From positions 2,516 through 66,515 of the IMG/VR virus record IMGVR_UViG_3300025449_000001: 64,000 nucleotides of DNA. One strand, written 5' to 3'. This stretch comes from a virus. Taxonomy: Duplodnaviria > Caudoviricetes. A program made the translations under genes and the position numbers. The notes beneath the pieces were generated by a model that was given only the letters and a program-made list of their open reading frames with translations, was not told the DNA's origin and did no database searches. This document shows positions 35,271-43,504 of this stretch, one piece after another (the first letter of the stretch is position 1; each line of letters opens with the position of its first letter).

Positions 35271-35611
35271 CAGCAAATGAACTAGCAGACGCAATGGGAA
35301 TTCGTGCATTAATTCGCAGACAAGCAACGAGCCGTAAAAGTGTGCAAGAAGGGGCTGACGATAGGCTTGCTGACCAATTAGAACAAGCTGCCACCATGCT
35401 ACGTCAACAAGCCAAAGAAATTGAGGAATTGAAATTGCGTATTAGTCAACTTTTAGAAACGCAAGATTACTTGTATAAAAAACATGATTCAGACAAAACT
35501 GAAATAGAAACATTGAAAGAAAAATCAGAACATTGGGAAGAAAAATACAGAGATGCAATAGCAGATTTAAGTATTGAAAATTATTGGAGGATGGGAAATG
35601 ACAGCAAATGA
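35267..35611 (+). CDS. Coiled-coil hypothetical protein (MTANELAD type)
   Basis: AGGAGG RBS; ATGA overlap. Confidence 0.55.
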   Translation: MTANELADAMGIRALIRRQATSRKSVQEGADDRLADQLEQAATMLRQQAKEIEELKLRISQLLETQDYLYKKHDSDKTEIETLKEKSEHWEEKYRDAIADLSIENYWRMGNDSK

Positions 35612-36494
35612 ACTAGCTGATATAAATGAGTGGTCTTGTTGTGCTCATAGTAAACAAGTTTCTGCCATGCTACGCCAACAAGAAGACCGAATAAACGTAT
35701 TGGAAGCTAATCAAAAGATAGAGTTAAATATAAAAGAAAAAGCATTGCAATACATAGCGGAATTGGAAAAAGAAATTGAGGAGTTAAAAAATGATAAAAA
35801 TATTGACCAAATGAGCAAAAATGATAAAAATATTGACCAAATGAGCAAGCCTATTGCTTGGATGGACAAAAATGGATATGTTTATGGTAAACACGAAACA
35901 CGACCAATAGAAGCTGATATTCCTCTTTACACCCATTCTAACACCCAATCACACCCAATTGAACCAATAGCAATGCGTTATGACTTTGATGGTTATGGAT
36001 ACAAATACATTGACTCAGGCTCAGGGAGCGATTGGCAAACGAGAGAGAAGGGAGAGTTTCTTTACACCAAGCCATTCTTTAGTCAAAAACCTGTTGCTAT
36101 GATGGTAAAAATTGATGGGTTTGATAAACCTGAGTTTACTACAACCTGTAGTTCTGCTGCACTAAAACATCCTAACTATACTGCATTGTATGACCATCCA
36201 CCCATAGCTTTTGCTGAATTAGAAGCTGGGGAGAGTATTCCTCTTTACGAACATTCTGAAGATAGAGATTCTGCTATCTACGCAACTGGCTATTGGAATG
36301 GTATTCATAAAGCTAAAGAAAAAAATGAAACCTTAGACACAAGGTCTTACTTGATTGGTAGATATGATGGTTTGCGTGAAATAAGTGATGAGGAAATACT
36401 AGCCCTATGGGTAAAGAAAAACAATCTAAATGGTGCTAAAGATATTTTAGATTTTGCTAGAGATTTATTAAAGAAAGCGAGTGAGAATGATTAG
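35598..36494 (+). CDS. Mosaic hypothetical protein (MTANELAD N-terminus, repeated KPVA/PLYT modules)
   Basis: Repeated KP(I/V)A...LY(T/D)(H/K)P modules; internal duplication KNDKNIDQMS x2. Confidence 0.55.
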   Translation: MTANELADINEWSCCAHSKQVSAMLRQQEDRINVLEANQKIELNIKEKALQYIAELEKEIEELKNDKNIDQMSKNDKNIDQMSKPIAWMDKNGYVYGKHETRPIEADIPLYTHSNTQSHPIEPIAMRYDFDGYGYKYIDSGSGSDWQTREKGEFLYTKPFFSQKPVAMMVKIDGFDKPEFTTTCSSAALKHPNYTALYDHPPIAFAELEAGESIPLYEHSEDRDSAIYATGYWNGIHKAKEKNETLDTRSYLIGRYDGLREISDEEILALWVKKNNLNGAKDILDFARDLLKKASEND

Positions 36495-36684
36495 AAAAAA
36501 AGCATTGCTATTGCAAAAAAGATTTAAAAGATTTAATAAATATAATGACAAAGCCAAATTAGAAATGGCTACAGAAGTTGTTGAAATTTTACCAATACTT
36601 GTTGAGCAAATTAATTATTTAGATAAGGTAAATACAGAAATGTATCATAAATTAAAATTTTATATGAAAGCGAGTGAGAAATGA
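36487..36684 (+). CDS. Small hypothetical protein
   Basis: Coupled overlap; ends KASEK. Confidence 0.5.
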   Translation: MIRKKALLLQKRFKRFNKYNDKAKLEMATEVVEILPILVEQINYLDKVNTEMYHKLKFYMKASEK

Positions 36685-36862
36685 TTTTTATGTTTTATAT
36701 GTTTTATATTTATGTAATGGGAATAGTCTGTGGTTATTTTATTGCTAAATTAATAGCACTAAACGAGGAGGATAAATGATATTAAATTTCGTATTACTAA
36801 TTATAGCTTTTACAGTTTGTTTGTGTGCATTGATATGGATGATTGAAAAGGTAACGAAATGA
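36681..36862 (+). CDS. Two tiny hydrophobic ORFs (36681-36779 and 36776-36862)
   Basis: Manual translation MIFMFYMF... (32 aa) and MILNFVLL... (28 aa), chained by ATGA overlaps. Confidence 0.45.
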
Positions 36863-37464
36863 TTGAAAACACTTTACCTTATTATGAAGTTGACGCTGGC
36901 CATTTTAGTGTTAAAATAAAAGTATGCTTTTCTGATAATGCATTTCAACAAGCTATAAGAGATTCTAAAATAACAACTAGGCATAATGCTTTAGATTTAG
37001 GTATTGCGGAATCACATTATATTATTCAAGATGGTACGCTGCATTCTATGTTGGCTATTGTATTTAATTATGATGAAATGAAAAAGTTAGATGCTTTGGA
37101 GCGTATGGGAATTATTTACCATGAAGTATCCCATACAACCACCCATGTATTTCAGTACATTGGTGAAGACGAATCTAAAATTGGTGATGAGTCTCGATCA
37201 TATTTAGGTGAACATATTTTTAAACAAGTATTTGCAGTATATGCGACAGAGGATGAGACACGTGAGAGTGCTAGAAAAAGAAATAGAACAGCATCTGGTG
37301 AAAAAAATAAAGCAATCGTCGGGGCTTTGTTACAAATGGCTTTCGACAGTGACGGGAGTGCCGGATCGGATAGTGTTTCTGAATCAAAAAGTATACCTAG
37401 TGGAACTAAAAACACAAAGCGGGATACTAAGCCCAAGACAAACGCTCGTATTCGCAGAACTTGA
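36859..37464 (+). CDS. Putative zincin-type metalloprotein (HExxH)
   Basis: IIYHEVSHTTTH...E..SY; C-terminus overlaps VRR-NUC. Confidence 0.6.
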   Translation: MIENTLPYYEVDAGHFSVKIKVCFSDNAFQQAIRDSKITTRHNALDLGIAESHYIIQDGTLHSMLAIVFNYDEMKKLDALERMGIIYHEVSHTTTHVFQYIGEDESKIGDESRSYLGEHIFKQVFAVYATEDETRESARKRNRTASGEKNKAIVGALLQMAFDSDGSAGSDSVSESKSIPSGTKNTKRDTKPKTNARIRRT

Positions 37465-37546
37465 AAAAGCAGGCTTTCCAGTATATGTGTTAAAATCTAA
37501 AGAAGATGTGGAGGCATTTGTTGAGTCAAGCCAAAGAAACATATAA
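37253..37546 (+). CDS. VRR-NUC domain nuclease
   Basis: EKEIE...GVPDRIVF...VELK...LSPRQ. Confidence 0.9.
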   Translation: MRHVRVLEKEIEQHLVKKIKQSSGLCYKWLSTVTGVPDRIVFLNQKVYLVELKTQSGILSPRQTLVFAELEKAGFPVYVLKSKEDVEAFVESSQRNI

Positions 37547-38318
37547 TCTTCGTGCGAGGTATGGAATTACAGCAGAGGATAAGAAAGAAAAAATACAAAG
37601 TCAAGGAAATGTCTGTGCTATTTGTAAACAAACATTTAAAAACAAATTAGATACACACATGGATCATTGCCATACAACAAATGTATTACGAGGTGTGCTT
37701 TGTGGTAAATGTAACCTAGGCTTAGGGAAGTTTAATGACTCCCCTCAACTTTTAAGATACGCAGCAATTTATTTGGAATACCATGCTAAACAAAACCAAC
37801 CTTCATCCATACCAACTGGAAGTCATCAAGAAAGCCAAGACATTGCCTCATATGGGCCTGTTTATGGAGCCAGGACTCGGGAAGACTGTGACGGCGCTCA
37901 CCATCATATCGGAGAGCCCGAAGGGCACGACACTGATAGTAGCCCCCAAGAGAGTAGCGGAGTCAGTATGGGCTCAGGAGTGTCAGAAGTGGAAACATTT
38001 GGCACATCTGAAAGTAGCAAAGATCATGGGCTCGCCAAAGAACAGACTGAGCGCATTAGAAAGTTTGTCGAACATATATGTAGTGAATCTAGAGAACTTG
38101 GTATGGCTATTAGAGCAGAACAAAAAGTTCGACTACCTCATTATCGACGAATCAAGTCGTTTCAAAGATTCCTCGACAAAAAGGTTCAAGGCACTCAAGA
38201 AACACCTAAAATCGTTCAAGAGGCGGCTAATCCTAACTGGTACACCATCTCCACAGAGCCTGCAAGACCTTTGGAGTCAAGTTGGTATCCTAGACCTAGG
38301 CTCCAGATTAGAGACTAG
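37506..38318 (+). CDS. Recombination endonuclease VII-like protein with long C-terminal overlap of the helicase gene
   Basis: YGIT...CAIC...MDHCH....RGVLCGKCNLGLG. Confidence 0.8.
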   Translation: MWRHLLSQAKETYNLRARYGITAEDKKEKIQSQGNVCAICKQTFKNKLDTHMDHCHTTNVLRGVLCGKCNLGLGKFNDSPQLLRYAAIYLEYHAKQNQPSSIPTGSHQESQDIASYGPVYGARTREDCDGAHHHIGEPEGHDTDSSPQESSGVSMGSGVSEVETFGTSESSKDHGLAKEQTERIRKFVEHICSESRELGMAIRAEQKVRLPHYRRIKSFQRFLDKKVQGTQETPKIVQEAANPNWYTISTEPARPLESSWYPRPRLQIRD

Positions 38319-39111
38319 CCTAACAAAGTTTAGGGATAAGTACATGGACCCAGGTCAAAGGAATAGGCACACCGGCGTGGTTTATAATTGGGTTTTAAAA
38401 AATGGTGCAGTGCAACAAATACAAGAAAAGATTAGTGATATTTGTTTTTCGTTAAAGGCAGAAGATTATTTACAACTGCCAACACTAACCAAGTTGTACC
38501 AAACGATTGAGATAGATGATAACGTAAGGAAGCAATATGACGAACTTAGAAAAGACATGGTCCTTAGTACAGATACGGGGAACATCACAGCTACAACAGC
38601 AGCGACGTTGGCGGGCAAGTTACTCCAGTTCACCAGCGGCGCGGTATATACAGAAGATGGAGGGACGCAGGAAGTACACAGTGCTAAGTTGGAACGTCTT
38701 GAATCGATCATGGAAGAGTCTTCTTCCCCGACGCTCGTATTCTATCATTTCAAACACTCCCTTCAACGAATACGCCTTGCTTTCCCAGAGGCGGTGGTGC
38801 TGGACGACGACAACATTGAAGCGTGGCGTCGTGGTGAGATTCGTATGCTCCTTGCCCATCCCCAAAGTGGGGGAATCGGGATCAATTTACAGTGCAACGT
38901 TGGAGAGACAGCCCAAACAATCTGGTTTGATTTACCATGGAGTTCAGAAAACTACATCCAAGCCAACGCAAGAATATACCGCCAAGGGCAAGAAAAACCG
39001 GTTCTCATACACCATTTAACAGTAGCAAACAGTATTGATGAAAAAGTAGTAAAAGTATTAGAAGGTAAGATTAACATTCAAGAGGCACTATTAGACGCAC
39101 TAAAATTATGA
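37783..39111 (+). CDS. SNF2-family helicase
   Basis: MEPGLGKT, IIDESS, LTGTP, QANARIYRQGQ. Confidence 0.92.
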   Translation: MLNKTNLHPYQLEVIKKAKTLPHMGLFMEPGLGKTVTALTIISESPKGTTLIVAPKRVAESVWAQECQKWKHLAHLKVAKIMGSPKNRLSALESLSNIYVVNLENLVWLLEQNKKFDYLIIDESSRFKDSSTKRFKALKKHLKSFKRRLILTGTPSPQSLQDLWSQVGILDLGSRLETSLTKFRDKYMDPGQRNRHTGVVYNWVLKNGAVQQIQEKISDICFSLKAEDYLQLPTLTKLYQTIEIDDNVRKQYDELRKDMVLSTDTGNITATTAATLAGKLLQFTSGAVYTEDGGTQEVHSAKLERLESIMEESSSPTLVFYHFKHSLQRIRLAFPEAVVLDDDNIEAWRRGEIRMLLAHPQSGGIGINLQCNVGETAQTIWFDLPWSSENYIQANARIYRQGQEKPVLIHHLTVANSIDEKVVKVLEGKINIQEALLDALKL

Positions 39112-39413
39112 CAGCAAAAATACAAGCAGTGGCACCAAGATTATCTGACGAAGATCCAGATCCAATAGAACAAGACGAAACAGAGGGCATATCATCAAAC
39201 ATGGTGGAGGGGACAGGCTGGCTACTATGGGACGTAGAAGATATAATAGAAATAAAACATTTAATTGCAACTCGAATGCCAGAAAAATCCAGAGTTATTT
39301 TAGATGCTTTTTTACAGGGTTTGATGTATAATGATATCAATGTAAGCGAAAAATATTGGCGGTATCATTTCAATGCGGGTATTGAATTTATAAAGAAAGA
39401 ACTTAAACTATGA
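39108..39413 (+). CDS. Stand-alone sigma70 region 4-like HTH protein
   Basis: Acidic N-terminal linker, then MPEKSRVILDAFLQGLMYNDINVSEKYWRYHFNAGIEFIKKEL, which resembles the LxxrerxIl..G.sy.EI..vs...vr.....ai.kLk pattern. Confidence 0.5.
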   Translation: MTAKIQAVAPRLSDEDPDPIEQDETEGISSNMVEGTGWLLWDVEDIIEIKHLIATRMPEKSRVILDAFLQGLMYNDINVSEKYWRYHFNAGIEFIKKELKL

Positions 39414-39583
39414 TATTTGTTATTGAACATGAAAAAGATGGTGTTTGGCAATTACAAAGTTTGGTGGATGTTGATGAAATTAATCCATCGGAATTTGAAC
39501 CAGTTAAAAAGATTTTTTTATGTGAAACGAAAGAGGAAGCTGCTATAGTCATTAGCGAAATAAGAAAGGAACAATTTGAATGA
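39410..39583 (+). CDS. Small hypothetical protein (57 aa)
   Basis: Manual translation MIFVIEHEKDGVWQ...; ATGA overlaps at both ends. Confidence 0.55.
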   Translation: MIFVIEHEKDGVWQLQSLVDVDEINPSEFEPVKKIFLCETKEEAAIVISEIRKEQFE

Positions 39584-39831
39584 AATATGATTATGAATTA
39601 CTTAAAATGGAACACGACAATGTTAACCATCCAAAACATTATACACAACACCCCAGTGGTATCGAGTGCATCGAGATTACCGAACATATGGGATTTAATC
39701 TCGGTAATGCCATTAAGTATATATGGAGGGCATTCCTTAAAGATGATCCAGTTGAGAACCTACGAAAAGCGGTTTGGTATATCAACAGAGAAATAGCAAG
39801 AATCACTAAACACGAAGGATGTGGAAAATGA
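39580..39831 (+). CDS. DUF3310 protein (T7 gp1.7-like nucleotide kinase family)
   Basis: VNHPKHYT..GIECIE..FNLGNAIKYIWRA..LRKAVWY. Confidence 0.85.
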   Translation: MKYDYELLKMEHDNVNHPKHYTQHPSGIECIEITEHMGFNLGNAIKYIWRAFLKDDPVENLRKAVWYINREIARITKHEGCGK

Positions 39832-40052
39832 TAATTGAACTTGACTGCGATTTTGCAGATGATATAACACGACAAAGTTTGATTCAAACGTATGTTAATT
39901 TATCGAAAGATATAAAAAATAATAAAAACATGCATGAAGATGATTTGGAAATATATAAACAAGTTGTTGCTGCAATTGAAGTATTAGGCAAATGGTATTT
40001 CGTTAATTTTCAAAATGATGTTAAAAATTATAAGAAAAGGAAAACCAAATGA
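39819..40052 (+). CDS. Hypothetical protein
   Basis: Coupled ORF. Confidence 0.55.
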   Translation: MWKMIIELDCDFADDITRQSLIQTYVNLSKDIKNNKNMHEDDLEIYKQVVAAIEVLGKWYFVNFQNDVKNYKKRKTK

Positions 40053-40345
40053 AACTATTTAGCCAGTATGACCGTTTTGAATTGGAACAAGACATTATTA
40101 AGATGTGGAATACGTCAGAATTATTAAAGGAGTTTGTTCGCCAGTACCTAGACAGTCCCACAATCATGTCAGAAGACGAGGTGGGCAACTACATCGATGG
40201 CATTATGCGAGTCCATGATTTGCAGTGCCAGCGTCTTTGGGATGGGTTTGAATTAATGATAGAGAACAAGCATTTTGAGAGCTGGGACAATAAATATTTT
40301 GAAAATCATCCTGTTATCATACCAAAGAAAGGAAAGAAAAAATGA
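40049..40345 (+). CDS. Conserved hypothetical protein (DRFELEQDI)
   Basis: Coupled ORF. Confidence 0.6.
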   Translation: MKLFSQYDRFELEQDIIKMWNTSELLKEFVRQYLDSPTIMSEDEVGNYIDGIMRVHDLQCQRLWDGFELMIENKHFESWDNKYFENHPVIIPKKGKKK

Positions 40346-40554
40346 GCACCGAAACAGATCCATTAGACACCTTTGTTGTTACTTTGCAGTACACGTTAAA
40401 AGATATTAATCTATTGATTAACAGTATGAATCGCCCAGTTGAAACACCGGTTATGCAGTGGGCAAATTTTATCAATGACATCCACCTACAAATTGAACCT
40501 CAAGTGAAAGAACTAAATGAATCTAAGACAACTACTAAAGAAAGCGGGAGTTAG
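40342..40554 (+). CDS. Hypothetical protein
   Basis: Coupled ORF. Confidence 0.55.
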   Translation: MSTETDPLDTFVVTLQYTLKDINLLINSMNRPVETPVMQWANFINDIHLQIEPQVKELNESKTTTKESGS

Positions 40555-40747
40555 TAACGACATCATCAAAGAAGTCGAGCGTAAAGCGGCTAAAACATCA
40601 GCCGAAATGGAAGCAGAACATCGAGAAAAAGCAATGGCAATGACTAAAATGATGTTGAATGATGTCATTCGTGCCAATCAAGCAGCACAAGAAGCCAGTC
40701 CGAAAGAACCGCCCTTTAAAAAACGTGTGATTATTACACCAGATTAA
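40517..40747 (+). CDS. Hypothetical protein
   Basis: MNLRQLLKKAG...; ends at the late promoter. Confidence 0.55.
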   Translation: MNLRQLLKKAGVSNDIIKEVERKAAKTSAEMEAEHREKAMAMTKMMLNDVIRANQAAQEASPKEPPFKKRVIITPD

Positions 40748-40777
40748 GGGCGGTTTTTGACCATTTTTTGCATTAGT
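40748..40777 (+). promoter_or_regulatory. Phage late promoter motif (copy 7, plus strand)
   Basis: GGGCG-N16-TGCATTAGT exact. Confidence 0.75.
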
Positions 40778-40961
40778 AAATATAGGGAGTAGAACTCGTC
40801 GGGAGACGCTTCGAAACCTTTTCTTAGTTACCAAATGCCTAGAATATTGAAAGATATGCTGGACTGAAGACTCGGTTGACGCACACTTTTTGGTAATGTT
40901 TAGAAGTAAAACCAGTACGGGAGGGGTGACTGGTCTCCCACCTAATTCAAAAGGAACGCCT

Positions 40962-41114
40962 ATGGCAACTAAACCCGGATTGTATGCCAACATTCATGCT
41001 AAACAGGAGCGCATAAAAGCCGGCTCTGGCGAAAAAATGCGTAAACCAGGCACTAAAGGTGCCCCAACAGCTAAATCATTTAAAGAGTCTGCAAAGACAG
41101 CAAAGGTAAAATAA
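40962..41114 (+). CDS. Small basic protein (GLYANIHAK family)
   Basis: AAGGA RBS; MATKPGLYANIHAKQERI...GAPT. Confidence 0.7.
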   Translation: MATKPGLYANIHAKQERIKAGSGEKMRKPGTKGAPTAKSFKESAKTAKVK

Positions 41115-41389
41115 TGGCAACTAAACACGACAAACCAATTCCTAAGAAAACAACTGGTAAGGACAAGACATACAACAAGACCGAACAAGGTGCTGGTATG
41201 ACTGCCAAAGGTCGTGCTGAATACAATGCCAAAAATGGAAGTAATTTAAAAGCCCCAGCCCCGCACCCAAAGACCGAATCAGATAAAGGTCGTAAAGCCT
41301 CTTTCTGCGCCCGTATGGAGGGTGTTGTTAGAAAATCAAAAGGCCCCGCTGAAAGAGCGAAGGCGTCTCTTAAAAATTGGAATTGTTAA
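41114..41389 (+). CDS. DUF6321-like basic protein
   Basis: GAGMTAKGRAEYN..GSNLKAP..RKASFCARM..LKNWNC. Confidence 0.7.
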   Translation: MATKHDKPIPKKTTGKDKTYNKTEQGAGMTAKGRAEYNAKNGSNLKAPAPHPKTESDKGRKASFCARMEGVVRKSKGPAERAKASLKNWNC

Positions 41390-41778
41390 TGGCTACCAAA
41401 AAACCAACAGTTAAATATGTATTTAAACCCGAGATGTGCGAACGCATCATAGAACTCGGAAAAAATGGTGCATCTCAAAAAATGATGTTTGCCGATATTG
41501 GAATTAACAAAGCCGTAGCAGAAACTTGGAAAAAGAATCACCCCGAGTTTGCTGATGCATTAGATACAGCAGTAACCCATAGCCAAGCCTATTGGGAAAA
41601 AATGATTTTGGATAATGTGAACAACAGAGGCTTCAATAGCCGAATAGCCGAAATCGCTCTTCGTGGTCAATTTCAAGCTGACTACAGAGAAACCAGAGAT
41701 ATTAAACTAGACGCCAAAGTGGAAACTAAGGTCGATTTCAACAAAGAAATATCAGATTTACTTTCCGCCCTAAAATAA
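41389..41778 (+). CDS. Terminase small subunit-like protein (HTH)
   Basis: KYxFKPEMCERIIELGKNGAS..IGI..TWKKNHPEFADAL...AYWE resembles the P22 gp3-like TerS pattern. Confidence 0.6.
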   Translation: MATKKPTVKYVFKPEMCERIIELGKNGASQKMMFADIGINKAVAETWKKNHPEFADALDTAVTHSQAYWEKMILDNVNNRGFNSRIAEIALRGQFQADYRETRDIKLDAKVETKVDFNKEISDLLSALK

Positions 41779-41797
41779 TATATATTTTTAATTTGGG

Positions 41798-41826
41798 TTG
41801 ACTTATGTATATTTTTGCATTAGTAT
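41798..41826 (+). promoter_or_regulatory. Host sigma70-type promoter overlapping a phage -10 motif
   Basis: TTGACT-N17-TAGTAT; contains TGCATTAGT with GGGTT at the GGGCG position. Confidence 0.65.
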
Positions 41827-41856
41827 ATATACATATCAACCGAATTGAAAGAATAT

Positions 41857-43011
41857 ATGACAACTCACGCTCTTTTAAGTGCCTCCAGTTCCAAAAGGTG
41901 GCTAATGTGCACTCCTTCAGCAAGACTTGAAGCAACTCTTCCAGAACCTAAAAGAAGTACCAAGGGGATTGATTTCTCTGCGGAGGGTACATTGGCTCAC
42001 ACATTAAGTGAAATACGCTTAAAACTCTATTTTAATCAAATTAACCATGAAGAATATGCAAAAGAATACGAAGAGGTCAAATCGCATGACATATATCGAA
42101 ATTATACGGAAGAGGAAAGGCTTGATTTCGAGGATAACGTCGATAATTATGTTCTTTATATTCGTAGCCAAATTGGTGAAGGGGATACGCCGCTATTTGA
42201 GCAACGTGTGGACTTCTCTGATTGGGTTCCTGATGGCTTTGGTACGGCCGATGTGGTTATACTTTCTGAGCGCACCATTCATATCTACGACCTCAAGTTT
42301 GGAAGAGGGATCCCCGTTTCAGCCGTCGACAACAGCCAACTCAGACTCTACGCCCTCGGTGCGTATGCCAAATTCAAAGAAGATTACCCCAATATCAAGG
42401 AAGTCAGCTACACCATCCATCAACCACGACTTGACAGTATTAGCACAGATGGGACAACCATCGAAAAACTCCTCGATTGGGCAAAATATTATGTTAGCCA
42501 AAAAGCCAAGAAGGCGTGGGCAGGGTCAGGCGAGTTTCTCCCAGGTGAATGGTGCCAATTCTGTAAAGCAAAAGCCCAGTGTCGTGCCAGATCAGACTTC
42601 AACACCGAACTCGCCAAACAAGAATTCAAAGAACCCCCGCTCCTCAGTGAAGAAGAACTCAACGACGTCCTCGCCAAAGCGCAAGACTTAAAAACATGGG
42701 CGAACGATGTAGAAGAGTTTGCCCTTAATCGAGCGATTGAAGAGAACAAAATACCAAAGGGGTATAAGTTAGGCACCACAACAACACATCGTAAGATATT
42801 AGATAACCAACTTGCTGCGGCAGTATTGGTTGAACATGGATTATCAGAGTCATTGTTGTGGGAACCGCCAAAACTTAAATCACTTGCAACATTAGAAAAG
42901 ATTGGTCCCAAAGGCAAAGTAGCGGCTTGGTTGGGTGATTTAGTTATTCGTCCAGAAGGACAGCCCAAGTTAGTTCGTATTAAAGAAACAGCAAAGGATG
43001 ACTTTAAATGA
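41857..43011 (+). CDS. DUF2800 PD-(D/E)xK exonuclease (Cas4-like)
   Basis: HALLSASSSKRW..C, FGTADVVI..DLKFG..QLRLYALG, GEWCQFCKAKAQC. Confidence 0.88.
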   Translation: MTTHALLSASSSKRWLMCTPSARLEATLPEPKRSTKGIDFSAEGTLAHTLSEIRLKLYFNQINHEEYAKEYEEVKSHDIYRNYTEEERLDFEDNVDNYVLYIRSQIGEGDTPLFEQRVDFSDWVPDGFGTADVVILSERTIHIYDLKFGRGIPVSAVDNSQLRLYALGAYAKFKEDYPNIKEVSYTIHQPRLDSISTDGTTIEKLLDWAKYYVSQKAKKAWAGSGEFLPGEWCQFCKAKAQCRARSDFNTELAKQEFKEPPLLSEEELNDVLAKAQDLKTWANDVEEFALNRAIEENKIPKGYKLGTTTTHRKILDNQLAAAVLVEHGLSESLLWEPPKLKSLATLEKIGPKGKVAAWLGDLVIRPEGQPKLVRIKETAKDDFK

Positions 43012-43157
43012 ACGCTTGGTTAATTGGAATGATTGGTGTAGTTTATTTTTTCGTAGCAATACAATTTTTAATGAAAGGCCAAGTAGGCATGGGAATCTCA
43101 TTCTTAGGGTATGCCCTAGGAAATGTAGGTTTAGTCTTAGTAACATTACAATCATAA
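43008..43157 (+). CDS. Small two-helix membrane protein (49 aa)
   Basis: Manual translation MNAWLIGMIGVVYFFVAIQFLMKGQVGMGISFLGYALGNVGLVLVTLQS. Confidence 0.65.
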   Translation: MNAWLIGMIGVVYFFVAIQFLMKGQVGMGISFLGYALGNVGLVLVTLQS

Positions 43158-43168
43158 GCGAGGCACCT

Positions 43169-43426
43169 ATGCAAGTAAGTTGTTTTGGAACCACCCTTGA
43201 AGTACCAGAACAGTTAATTAATTCTTATATTAAAGATTTTGATGGATTACCTGGAAGTGGGCAAAGAGAGTCTGTGTTGCATCTACGCAACAGTGTTTAT
43301 GAAGTATTTGACTACATAGCAGAAGACCCCGAAGCCCTTGAAGAATATACCTATAGGCATCAATTCATTAACGCATTGGCAGTACACAGAGCATTAGAAG
43401 TACATGGTATCTTGCACGATGCATAA
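43169..43426 (+). CDS. Hypothetical protein
   Basis: Start reassigned to MQVSCFG after GAGG. Confidence 0.6.
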   Translation: MQVSCFGTTLEVPEQLINSYIKDFDGLPGSGQRESVLHLRNSVYEVFDYIAEDPEALEEYTYRHQFINALAVHRALEVHGILHDA

Positions 43427-43439
43427 AAACGTGTATAAT
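43412..43439 (+). promoter_or_regulatory. Host sigma70-type promoter for ssb
   Basis: TTGCAC-N16-TATAAT with an extended TG. Confidence 0.55.
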
Positions 43440-43504
43440 AGATTTATGGGTAGACGAACTAGCCCCAATTGAAGTCTGGTTCTAACGTTAATAGGAGTTT
43501 TAAA

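Noticed and set aside
42047-42691. 214-aa alternate-frame ORF inside DUF2800, and similar antisense ORFs in portal, polA and nrdJ
   Set aside because: No RBS or recognisable motifs; explained by codon bias of the real gene.
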